64,000 nucleotides of DNA, from NCBI RefSeq assembly GCF_001194135.2, contig NC_068984.1:138863616-138927615 (forward strand), in the 5' to 3' direction. The translations under genes were made by a program, and so were the position numbers. The notes beneath the pieces were generated by a model that searched no databases, was not told the origin of the DNA, and worked only from the letters and a program-made list of their open reading frames with translations. Below are positions 12,891-24,248 of the stretch, in pieces (positions within the stretch are counted from its first letter, which is position 1; the number at the start of each line of letters is the position of its first letter). Source of the DNA: Octopus bimaculoides (lineage: Eukaryota).

Positions 12891-13664
12891 GATCTATCTC
12901 AACAGCACTAAAATACAGCATACTTTAAGAAAATAATTTTGTACAATTTTTAAACAACAAAAAGCTAAATCTCTACTTCACAATCTCTTCTTCTATTATA
13001 TTCAATAGAGGCCACACTTGCAACACACTAAACATTGCATCAGATGACTGCATCTATTACACAGGTAATGAACGCCGTCCGCATTCATCGTCATAGATTC
13101 ATTCACCAGCAAAAATCCACTAGTCTTTCTCTCTCCCCTCTCCCTGCCTCTCAAATTCCAATTTCAGACATCCTCCTTTATATCTATAAAAAATATTTCA
13201 TTTGGTTAGAATAATCATTGTACATTATTTGTTGCATTTTAAACACCAGAAGTGTCTTTTATAAGACAATTCAATACATTCTATTCCTTTCATTTTGTAT
13301 ATTATACGCTGTTGCTAACCTTGAAGTAATGTACATTTCTTTTCTTTGTAGCACAATAGGAAAATAAAAATAAACGGTGGCATTTACCCTCATGTGGAAA
13401 ACAATGCACAACCTGACATTTAAAGGGCGAATTAAGCCAATACCTAACTAAAAGCTGGTTTTGTTTTCCGTTTAGGTCTACAACGTTGCAAAAATTGTTT
13501 TCTAAATACTGCATATCTTCTTTAAGATTAGGAATGCTTCAATTATAACCAGTTACTGAAATTAAAAAAAAAGCTTATGGTGTTTCTAATGTACTACATT
13601 TTTTTACTTCAACCGAATAAATTTAGCATTTAGATTCATTATCAAAAACTCGCTCGCCTACATA

Positions 13665-14055
13665 TTGTTGTTGTTCGCACTCCGTCGCTTACGACGTCGA
13701 TGGTTCCAGTTGATTCGACCAACGGAACAGCCTGCTCGTGAAATTAACGTGCAAGTGGCTGAGCACTCCACAGACACGTGTACCCTTAACGTAGTTCTCG
13801 GGGATATTCAGCGTGACACAGAGTGTGACAAGGCTGACCCTTTGAATTACAGGCACAACAGAAACAGGAAGTAAGAGTGAGAGAAAGTTGTGGTAAAAGA
13901 GTACAGCAGGGTTCGCCACCATCCCCTGCCGGAGCCTCGTGGAACTTTAGGTGTTTTCGCTCAATAAACACTCACAACGCCCGGTCTGGGAATCGAAACC
14001 GCGATCCTATGACCGCGAGTCCGCTGCCCTAACCACTGGGCCATTGCGCCTCCAC
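13665..14055 (-). mobile_element. tRNA-derived SINE, family B, full length, (AAC)n tail, 10-bp TSD
   Basis: Head GGTGGAGGCGCAATGGCCCAGTGGTTAGGGCAGCGGACTCGCGGTCATAGGATCGCGGTTTCGATTCC. TSD CGCCTACATA at 13655-13664 and 14056-14065. Confidence 0.9.
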
Positions 14056-15731
14056 CGCCTACATACTAAAGCCACTAATAAATGAACAAACTGGATGTAT
14101 TGTCTTTGTTTTCTGGTGCCTAAGTATTTCTGCAAGTAAGTTTTTTTTATGTAATTAACATTCCATTCATTTCTTTTTCAAAAATTTTTCATAAAACTGG
14201 TGTTCAGTGAATAGTCGTTGAGTTATGGGTGGGGGGGGGAACCTTCTCTACGCTTATAAAACTAAACAATAGATTATAACATTATATTATGACCACAGAC
14301 ATAAAAGAATCAAAATAAAAACTTTTAATAAAACAGCTCTGTTACAAATTTTAATATTCTCTCTGCATATATTATATTTTAATTTATACAAAACACAGTT
14401 TTTTTCCCCTATTTTATCAGAAGATATATTTCTTGCTTCTGCAAATTCCATATGATTCATGATTTCGGTAATTCGTGACATCAGTAAATATTATGACTGT
14501 ACCTTACTTTTTTGTTACCTTTAGTTATGTACGCATGTATTTCAGAATTTATATTTCCAGCTAGAAGACATCTTTATAATGGATAGTTAAACAGTGTTTA
14601 AATTATTTTGCCAATTTTTCTCCTTTGAAATAATCCAATTTTTAAAGCTCTATTGAAAACCAGCGCTCATGATAGACGTTCTAATAAAGCTCAGTATTAC
14701 ACCATGAAAAAACGCTGCGTGATTTCTCGTTATTTAGAATCATACTTTGGCTTGCAGCGAAATATAAAAATGAATGACAGAAAACAATTCATTGAAAAAA
14801 ATGTATTATAATAAAGATGGAAGAAATCACTTTCCAGTCATCTTTTCCGAATTATGATAGAATGTTGAGCTCTTTTCCACGGGCATCTTGTGATTATTAT
14901 CGCAATGAAGACTATTGTCTCTATTCTTTTCCCGAAATTTCGAAATTTTCTTGTGGGCAACGCTTGTGTTTCTGACAGTGGTATGGTATTTTATACACTT
15001 ATAGAAAAGAAGCTGATAAATGACAGTGAAAGGGAACTAAAAAGATGTTGATTAACTGCCCTGATGATTGTGATATACACACTTCTAGATAAAACATCTT
15101 AATTCATTTACGTTACATAGGTTTAATGCAATATGAATAATGCAGTTCCATGAATAGTAAGTTTGCTGTGGCTCTATTGCATCGATAGCGCTACTATTTA
15201 AACGTACGTAATAGAGACATTGTTAATATTGCATATCATTTTATATGATGAATCCACAATTTTGTAAGAGTAAGTTGCACATCTGCTATGAAAGTTTTCA
15301 AAAGTAAGTCTTGTAAGTTTGATTATATACATTCTTCTTTTTTTATAAAATAAATTCCTCGGAATTCTAATATTTAGATAGAATATTTTTTATCAAGAAA
15401 TAAACATCAGTGCATCACAGCACCAGTGCACAATAATAATTGCAAAGGAATCACCAAGGATGGGAATGTTAAAAACAAAAGTATGCAACATGTAAGCCAT
15501 CGATATAAACTTCTAGAGAACCCCTGTGCAGACACAAGAAGAAACAAATAGTTGCTATCAGATGTTATAAGGTTCTAAAATTCCAGGTGAAATGTTCAAT
15601 AGACACGGAGCGTGCCGTCAGATAATATTCAATAACTTTTTTGAAAGGTTTGGAAACAACACATGACTGGTTCACACGCACACACAAGCAAAGGCACTCA
15701 GTCACACTATATATACTTATAGACACACACA

Positions 15732-15801
<70 letters not shown>

Positions 15802-16425
15802 NNNNNNNNNNNNNNNNNNNNNNNNNNNNNNNNNNNNNNNNNNNNNNNNNNNNNNNNNNNNNNNNNNNNNNNNNNNNNNNNNNNNNNNNNNNNNNNNNNN
15901 NNNNNNNNNNNNNNNNNNNNNNNNNNNNNNNNNNNNNNNNNNNNNNNNNNNNNNNNNNNNNNNNNNNNNNNNNNNNNNNNNNNNNNNNNNNNNNNNNNNN
16001 NNNNNNNNNNNNNNNNNNNNNNNNNNNNNNNNNNNNNNNNNNNNNNNNNNNNNNNNNNNNNNNNNNNNNNNNNNNNNNNNNNNNNNNNNNNNNNNNNNNN
16101 NNNNNNNNNNNNNNNNNNNNNNNNNNNNNNNNNNNNNNNNNNNNNNNNNNNNNNNNNNNNNNNNNNNNNNNNNNNNNNNNNNNNNNNNNNNNNNNNNNNN
16201 NNNNNNNNNNNNNNNNNNNNNNNNNNNNNNNNNNNNNNNNNNNNNNNNNNNNNNNNNNNNNNNNNNNNNNNNNNNNNNNNNNNNNNNNNNNNNNNNNNNN
16301 NNNNNNNNNNNNNNNNNNNNNNNNNNNNNNNNNNNNNNNNNNNNNNNNNNNNNNNNNNNNNNNNNNNNNNNNNNNNNNNNNNNNNNNNNNNNNNNNNNNN
16401 NNNNNNNNNNNNNNNNNNNNNNNNT

Positions 16426-16645
16426 TGTGTATGTGTGTTTGCTCCCCCCCCAACATCGCTTGACAACCGATGCTGGTGTGTTTACGTCCCCGTAACTTAG
16501 CGGTTCGGCAAAAGAGGCCGATAGAATAAATATTAGGCTTACAAAGAATAAGTCTTGGGGTCGATTTGCTCGACTAAAGGCGGTGCGACAGCATGGCCGC
16601 TGTCAAATGACTAAAACAAGTAAAAGAGTAAAAGAGAGTAAGAGT
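16426..16645 (+). mobile_element. SINE family A, 3' half emerging from an N-gap
   Basis: CAACATCGCTTGACAACCGATGCTGGTGTGTTTACGTCCCCGTAACTTAGCGGTTCGGC..GACTAAAACAAGTAAAAGAG. Confidence 0.85.
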
Positions 16646-16788
16646 ATATATGCACATAAATGCATGCACAATGTATATATATATATATATACATGTATGC
16701 GTCTGTCCACGCCAGGGAATATATCAGACAGAGCCATGTTGATACGCGCTGCAATGGAGAAGAGCTGTAAACTAACTAATCGCTTCTA

Positions 16789-16965
16789 GAACTGAGTCGA
16801 CATAGAAATGACAAATCTCAGACTAGCTCTCTACTACGAGTCACAATAGAACTGAGTCGACAGAAAATGAGTCAATATAGAAACAGAAGATCTCTGACTT
16901 GCTATCTATGAGTCACAATAGAAATGAGCCGACATAGAAACAATGAATCTCAGACGATCTATTGT
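16789..16965. repeat. Imperfect minisatellite, ~60-bp unit x3
   Basis: Recurring AGAA(C/A)TGAG(T/C)CGACA..ATCTC(A/T)GAC..GAGTCACAATAGAA. Confidence 0.75.
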
Positions 16966-19016
16966 TATAATTTTGGAGTTGAAAGTGACTAATTGATAGA
17001 GCTGTCGAGTAGAAAACATCGCAGTATTCGTTTCGAATCTTGTGCTTTCGGTTCAAATCTCGCTGAAGTCCACTTCGCCTTCCATCTTTTCGGGTTCGAT
17101 AAAGATAATAAAAAAAAGGACGAGTCTTGGGCAGTGGATGGGAGTAACTGTTAGAGCGACAAAGAAGATACCTTGCGGTACCTGTTCAGACTATTTGCAT
17201 GAAGCACTTGCGACGTTACTGGAATCATATTCTATCAGCCTAAAACGGTGACTTTTTCCATGGAAAACATCGGTTTGTGCAGAGGGGAGAAACTTCAATG
17301 CAAGGGTAACTGATAGTCTTACGCAAAATTCTTGCCCAGATCTGCGCATACACATAAAGATAAATAATCAACCATGACTGACAAAGTTTCTCTACAGGCA
17401 CAGTAACTTCATCCTAGTTTCAGAATAGTTAGATGTGTACCAGAAGGAATAGTATCTAAGTAGGTGAAGGCGTCAATTTTAGGAAAGCTGTTGGAACAGA
17501 TGATGCATTCGGTGAAGCAAGGAATATTCAACAATATTTCAAAATTCCTTTTTCGTCTTAAATGTATATTTGAAACCTTGTCTTTATCTAAGTTAAAAAT
17601 GGAGCTTAAATCAATCACATTTTCACACTGAAATTGAAGTTAGTGGGTCGGTAATAAACAGGAGAGAGATGGGTACAGAAGATTCAAAGCCCTGTCGAGA
17701 CAACCGCTTGATAATTAAGTTTGTTTTGAATAAGCACGTGGTACTTGTACGGGGGCGTGCGTAGCAAAAGCGCGTTGCTGCACCCGACATTTGTTGGTGG
17801 TTTCTTACTCCTGGCGGATGACACCATATAGGCACGTGATGAACTGTTTATCCGGGTTTTTTTTTTTTCAACGTCTTTTCCGGTTTCGTTGTATTGTGAA
17901 GTTAACTTAATTCTAACAAAAAGTATGCTATTTTCTATTAATATATCTACCTTTAATAGACGGCTATATTTCACGATCAAATTTCTTTCTGTTTCACTAT
18001 ATCAACACTTATTAAACAATAATTTCACTTAAAGATACATTCGAATTTGTAGATAAATCATCAACTCATAAAAAATGCGAAACTAAAGTATCAAAATTCT
18101 TAGAAAAAACAACTTTAAACGGCTTTTGTAACGAATTTTTAAAATGTTAAATTTTTCCCTTCTCCACTGAACGTGACTTATAATGTTGCCTGAACAGCAG
18201 ACATGGAATTAAAATAAAGGACACATTAGATGTAGCTTTTATCTTGAGCAAGCAGATTAATGAGTAAAAGAATCTAAGGCTGTCTGAACCGTCTTTTAAT
18301 TTTCAGATATAGTTTATCAAGAACTACACAGTAACCTAATGTATCTTTTTGTTTTTTCTTTAAAGAGATTAGATGATTGTTCTACGGATATTTGATTGCT
18401 TTTTCTAGCAGGTTGAGCGATCTTGCAGTGACTTTCTCTTAGGCGTCTGTTAGTTAAACTGAAATGCACGAATATTTGTGCCATGTCTTTCAAATTTTTG
18501 TTTTAGTAGACTTATGATAGCGTAAGCTTGAAGAAGAATAAGAACGACATGCTGTCTGTTTGCTGAATTAATCTGAATAGCTTCATTCTTTTTCCTACAT
18601 ATTGTATCTTTAGAATTCCAAATTATAACATATCTTCCATACTAACATGCAATACCAAAGCACAGATTCAAAGTCTACAAATGCAGTTTGAATTAAGAAC
18701 GTTTGTGAATCGATTATTTAAAATGATATTTCTTTCTTGTCACCATTTTATTTACAAGATTAAACGCATTTATCATATGAAAGAATTCATACAAATTACA
18801 ATCTAAATAATTACTACCCTATAATAATACAGCACAATTCGCATAACTCTCAAAATATGCACATTAGATGTCTTACATAACCATTATTCGGTATTAAATT
18901 AGATAAAACATTTCAAATATTGCTCACGAAACAATGACCACCTACAAAGTAATACAATTCATAGTGCACATAATATAATCAACAAGCAGACGTAACACTA
19001 AAATTATATTAGAAAT

Positions 19017-19107
19017 AGCGACACAAACTCTGCAAGATAGCAAAACATGTAGACTACATCTAGCGACACAAACTCTGCAAGGCAGCAATACATGTAGCGT
19101 ACATCTT
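19017..19107. repeat. 45-bp tandem duplication
   Basis: AGCGACACAAACTCTGCAAG..AGCAA.ACATGTAG..TACATCT occurs twice. Confidence 0.85.
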
Positions 19108-19479
19108 GTTTAATAAGTGAACACTGGCGATATTCGGTGTGAGAACAACCAGGTCGTTCAAAACAAGAACACGGAATGTGTGCTTAACCTATCGCGCCGC
19201 TATTGTGCAGCTCAGAAAAACAGCCTCTAGCATCGATTAAATATTAAAGAATCAAGGGAAAAGAAAATGTAAATGAGACAATGATTATTTATATTATTTT
19301 ATTGATGTTTATTGTTTGTAATTAACAGCTTAGAATTGCTTACATTTGTTGATGGCCGAACACATCGTATGAATATGCAGTAACAAAAGCGCAAGTCATA
19401 TCAATACCAGACTGATCCAACCATTTCAGTATAAAAGATGATAAGCAATACGAATATAACCGCATGGTTTAGCGAAAGT

Positions 19480-19700
19480 TTAACGAGTATTGACTACTTT
19501 GAATTTGTTTTTTCTACCGGACCACTAATTTACGGGGACGTAAAGAAATTAGCACCGGTTGTCAAGCGGTGGTAGGGGACAAACATAAACACAAAAAATA
19601 TGTGTGTAAATATATATATGTATGTATGTATGTACACGACGAGCTTCTATACAGTTTCCGTCAGCCAAAGTTACTCACAGAGCGTTGGTTGGTGCAGGAC
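19480..19700 (-). mobile_element. Diverged SINE family A fragment
   Basis: TTACGGGGACGTAAA..GCACCGGTTGTCAAGCGGTGG..CAGTTTCCGTC. Confidence 0.7.
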
Positions 19701-19915
19701 TAAGTAGGATTCGATATAGCTAAAAATGAATACGGTCAGTAAAAATACCGTAAAACAATTCACCCAACTTTCTGACAACCTTGCCGAAATCCCACAGGAA
19801 AGATATGTAACAAAATGAAGTTCAAGCGGAGAAGAAGTTTTGTAGGAGTAAGAACTGGGTGTAGGGGTTAGTGTGGGCTCGGAAAATTGGATACGACATG
19901 GCTGATAATGCAGAG

Positions 19916-19947
<32 letters not shown>

Positions 19948-20452
19948 NNNNNNNNNNNNNNNNNNNNNNNNNNNNNNNNNNNNNNNNNNNNNNNNNNNNN
20001 NNNNNNNNNNNNNNNNNNNNNNNNNNNNNNNNNNNNNNNNNNNNNNNNNNNNNNNNNNNNNNNNNNNNNNNNNNNNNNNNNNNNNNNNNNNNNNNNNNNN
20101 NNNNNNNNNNNNNNNNNNNNNNNNNNNNNNNNNNNNNNNNNNNNNNNNNNNNNNNNNNNNNNNNNNNNNNNNNNNNNNNNNNNNNNNNNNNNNNNNNNNN
20201 NNNNNNNNNNNNNNNNNNNNNNNNNNNNNNNNNNNNNNNNNNNNNNNNNNNNNNNNNNNNNNNNNNNNNNNNNNNNNNNNNNNNNNNAGAAAGCAAAAAG
20301 AACCTATTTCTCTAAATTCTGCATGGATAAATTTCAAACTTGGCGAAACTACTCGTGTGGTGATTAAGTTCAATGAAGAGTGATTTTCAAAACCGGTCTG
20401 ACTACGACAACCGTAATCGTAGGCGTGGCTGTGTGGTAAGAAGCTGGCTTCT

Positions 20453-20691
20453 TGAAGGCGGCGAGCTGGCAGAAACGTTAGCGCGCCGGGCGAAATTCTT
20501 AGCGGTATTTCGTTTGCCGTTACGTTCTGAGTTCAAATTCCGCCGAGGTTGACTTTGCCTTTCATCCTTTCGGGGTCGATAAATTAAGTACCAGTTACTC
20601 ACTGGGGTCGATGTAATCGACTTAATCCCCTTGTCTGTCCTTGTTTGTCCCCTCTATGTTTAGCCCCTTGTGGGCAATATAGAAATAGAAA
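20453..20691 (+). mobile_element. tRNA-derived SINE, family C (Tx1-like tail), inserted in the head of a family A SINE (20421-20785)
   Basis: Head GGCGGCGAGCTGGCAGAAACGTTAGC..GAGTTCAAATTCC. Perfect 16-bp TSD TAAGAAGCTGGCTTCT at 20437-20452 and 20692-20707. Confidence 0.9.
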
Positions 20692-21112
20692 TAAGAAGCT
20701 GGCTTCTCAACTACATGTTTCCGGAGTAAATTCCACAGCGTTGCACCTTGGACAAATGTCTTCCATTATAGCCTCGGGCTGCCTAAATATAAGTCCGAAT
20801 ATGCCTAATGTAAAAACAATGAAATCGGAGATGGAAAAGTGAGTAATAGGTGCATATGCTATATTCCAGTTTTTTCTCCTCCATCAGTACCCATTCAACC
20901 CATTAACCATCAACAAACCCACTGCTTAAATATCCACTAAATATAGCGGTGTAACATTATTGCATATTAAACAGATTCCTGGCAGCTGGTATGTACATAT
21001 TCATGAGTTGTAGAGATACCGTGTTTCGTTATGCATCTATGATATACTACAAAACATATCAAACAAACTGTAAGTCAATGATGTGTTCTACTGTGTTAGC
21101 AGTGCTATTAAA

Positions 21113-21389
21113 TCATTTGTTAAAATTATCTCTACTGACTTTCTATAGAAATTATAGCCTGGACAATACGGCGTTTCGTATCCGAATATGCCTAATGTAA
21201 ACAACAATGTGATCGAAGATGGAAAAGTGAGTAGTGGGTGTATATGCCATATTTCAGTTTTAGGCACCTTCGATTTCCATATTCGATTTCATTGTCGTTT
21301 ACATTAGGCGCATTTGGATACGAAACGTCACAAATCAATGCTGGCTGTAATTTCAAAGGAAAATCTGTAGAGATAATCTTAACAAGTGA
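21113..21389. mobile_element. Fold-back/MITE-like element with ~110-bp imperfect inverted arms; partial direct copy at ~20790-20870
   Basis: 21113-21225 (TCATTTGTTAAAATTATCTCTAC..CGTTTCGTATCCGAATATGCCTAATGTAAAC..GATGGAAA) is reverse-complementary to 21274-21389. Confidence 0.75.
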
Positions 21390-21509
21390 AATATAATTGA
21401 GTTCTCCGAAATTGTAATCCAGACTTAGAAATTATCAGAAACGCTTGAAGCTCTATCTAATTTCCTCAACGGTATTTGCAATAACAATTTCTTTTTCTTT
21501 TCTTTTCAG

Positions 21510-22655
21510 AGCAATATTTCTTCACAGTGCTGCTTAGCGAACGAAAGTAATGGACTCTTAAAACTGTTGGGAACATTCTTGGAACGCAATTCTACTCTGT
21601 CAAGCGTAGACAGTGACTCGCGGCTTTTGACAATTTCACAATACATCTATGTTTTCTTTACACCGTTAATTTTATCTCTAGGTATCATTGGAAACATACT
21701 GTCACTCAGTGTATTTTTATCAAAGAAGCTACGCCATTTATCAGCCAGTCATTATTTAATAGCGCTGTCCATTGCAGACACTACTGCGCTCATTTTTTAC
21801 GTGTGCATCGATTGGTTGAAGCGAGGATTATCAATGTGGCCCAATGGTAGCTATATTTACTTATTACACACGGAAGGCTTCTGCCAACTGTTTATATACC
21901 TTGGTTATTCATCACGCTTTCTCTCGGCTTGGATTGTAGTAGCTTTTACTGTCGAACGTTACATTGCCGTTTGCCATCCATTCCAACGATACAGGTACTA
22001 CACACGTCGTTCAACTCGGCGCATACTTTTGCTTGTAGTAATTTCATCTTTGATATTTAACCTTCATAAACCGATCCTAAGCGGAATTCATGAGGCCACC
22101 AAAGGTGGACCGAAAATATGCACAGTACATCCAAATTTCAATATAATATCATTCGTACTGGATAACGTTTTTGCATTTTTTATTACACTCGTTCCTTTCA
22201 CAGTTATTACAATACTAAACAGTCTCATAATCCGATGTCTTCTCAGAAGAAACAGAAAGAGGAACCACAATACTGTGATTACCGAGGAAAACGTCATTCG
22301 TTTAGAATTCACTTTAATTCTTCTTGTAATATCTTTCTTCTTTATTGCTCTAAATTTACCATTTTTTGTAGTATGGTGCATTCAATTTTCTAAGGCTGTA
22401 TTAATAACTAATGTTGATTTTATAAGAATGGCAGTAGATTTTGAATTTCTAAAGAGTATTTTATTTATCACACGAACTATCTTTTATATGAATTACTGCG
22501 TAAATTTTTTTCTTTATAGTTTCACTGGAGCATATTTTCGGAAAGAATTAAGTGCTCTATTCATCTGTAAACGTAATTCCTTGAATAGAAGATCATCAAG
22601 CATTGTACGCACAACAGCTGTAAGCTGTAGATCGATGCAATCTTCCTGGGTGTAA
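21510..22655 (+). CDS. Rhodopsin-like (class A) GPCR, peptide-receptor type (FMRFamide/CNMamide-receptor/GPR139-like group); single large coding exon, start codon unresolved
   Basis: Seven hydrophobic segments; GIIGNIL (TM1), LSIAD (TM2), SAWIVVAFTVERYIAVCHP (TM3, ERY), LNLP (TM6), MNYCVNFFLYSFTGAYFRKEL (TM7/helix 8). The frame stays open back to the acceptor TTTTCTTTTCAG|A at 21509/21510; stop TAA at 22653-22655. Confidence 0.95.
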   Translation, partial: SNISSQCCLANESNGLLKLLGTFLERNSTLSSVDSDSRLLTISQYIYVFFTPLILSLGIIGNILSLSVFLSKKLRHLSASHYLIALSIADTTALIFYVCIDWLKRGLSMWPNGSYIYLLHTEGFCQLFIYLGYSSRFLSAWIVVAFTVERYIAVCHPFQRYRYYTRRSTRRILLLVVISSLIFNLHKPILSGIHEATKGGPKICTVHPNFNIISFVLDNVFAFFITLVPFTVITILNSLIIRCLLRRNRKRNHNTVITEENVIRLEFTLILLVISFFFIALNLPFFVVWCIQFSKAVLITNVDFIRMAVDFEFLKSILFITRTIFYMNYCVNFFLYSFTGAYFRKELSALFICKRNSLNRRSSSIVRTTAVSCRSMQSSWV

Positions 22656-23374
22656 CAAAAAAAAAAAAAAAAAAAAAAGAGAAAGAAATTTACAATTTAA
22701 ATAATCTCTACATTAAAATATTTTGTTGTGAATTTGGAAATAAGACTTCTGAAAACCTTATTACAAAATGATTTATACAAAAATTGTTTTTCAAATGATT
22801 CATAATCAATCCAACGTGCTGTTTCATTCATTTTATAAATTTCAGAAATCGATGAATGATTGATATATCAACATCATACATCGCAGATAGTCTATCCTAA
22901 ACATCTCTCAATAATATAGCTCTCAAACAATAAACTACTTCCTTACTTCTAATCTGTTTTTACTTTAGTCAATCTCTTCATGCATACAATCATCACGTTA
23001 GACATGTTATAAGGGAGAAAATACCTTTTCAGCAGATTACAATATTGCAAACCAATGCCTAGTCATGAAAGAAATTCGCAAATTCCGGAAACAAATTTTC
23101 AGAAACATAAAATAAGTTCGCTTATCTAATCAAATAAATCTTCCACTGATAAATATTTTTCAGCGTTTCTTTCTCTTACATTCAACTTAGTATTTTATTA
23201 AGATGCTCACGCACTTTTCCACACCTATACTTCATGCTTCAAACTAGTGGCACTAAATATCACAAATTGACAACGATGTACATCAGATCTCATGGTAAGG
23301 ATTTGATAAACTTAAAACAAAAAGATAAACTGAAAAGAAAACGTTATTGTTATAAAATATGTGTTAATATATGT

Positions 23375-23600
23375 GAGTCTGTATATTCATTCATTTGTTG
23401 CAGTCATTTGACTACGGCCATGCTGGAGCACCGCCTTTAATCGAACAAATCGACCCCAGGACTTATTCTTCGTAAGCCTAGTACTTATTCTATCGGGTCT
23501 TTTTGCTGAACCGCTAGGGTACTGGGACGTAAACACACCAACACCGGTTGTCAAGCGATGGTGGGGGATAAACACAGACACAGTCACACACACACACGCA
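23375..23600 (-). mobile_element. SINE family A, 3' half
   Basis: CAGTCATTTGACTACGGCCATGCTGGAGCACCGCC..GGTTGTCAAGCGATGG. Confidence 0.85.
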
Positions 23601-23768
23601 TANNNNNNNNNNGCATCGTTAAAATGGTTCTTCCCACGAACACAAATTAAATTGTTTTCGTGGAGGGTAGTGGCGGACGGAAAACAAGACAGGAAAACGA
23701 AACGGTGAAATAAACAAACAAAAAGGCTGTACAGCCAGACGTGAAGTGTGTATGTATTGAACCCTGTG

Positions 23769-23955
23769 AATTACGGTGGTTAGTGTTGTACGGGGGAGCT
23801 CCACAAACTACGGACCAAGACAAGGTGTAGAGAATATTCAGGAGGTGATGTATGTAGCTAGGGAAGTAGAGAATTTAGAGGCTCCATTTGAGAAAGAATT
23901 CAGGTGAGCCCGGTAGCGGGACTTGAAATAAAGATTGCCGCCGATATAGACCCTA
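23769..23955 (-). mobile_element. Duplicated 187-bp PLE GIY-YIG segment (copy of 24866-25052)
   Basis: RVYIGGNLYFKSRYRAHLNSFSNGASKFSTSLATY. Six differences counted against the other copy. Confidence 0.9.
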
Positions 23956-24091
23956 TATATATATATATACATACATACATACATACATACATACATACAT
24001 AAATACATACATATATAAGTATACATGTATACATATATGTATATATAAAACTATATGTACATAAAATTACAGAATACTGAGAAACCCATAA

Positions 24092-24248
24092 TTTCTTAAC
24101 AGCTGTTTCAGTAAGCTCGGAGTTACGTAATAATCGTAATATTCTTAATCTTCTGATTAAATACGCAGAATGTCTTAGTTTTGCAACCAGTAAAGTGTCA
24201 GTGACACAGAGATATTACAAAAAGTATGGTTTCCCTCATCAAGAGAAA
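24092..24248 (-). ncRNA. Degenerate hammerhead-like motif with long stem II insertion
   Basis: TTTCT-C(T)TGATGA-[~125 nt]-GAAAC-AGCT-GT(T)A-AGAAA. A 5-bp stem I forms if single T insertions are allowed in the core and at the cleavage site; stem II base pairing is weak. Confidence 0.45.

Noticed and set aside
16789-19107. Short tandem units as a possible CRISPR-like array
   Set aside because: The units are contiguous imperfect tandem repeats without unique spacers, the context is eukaryotic, and there are no cas genes.
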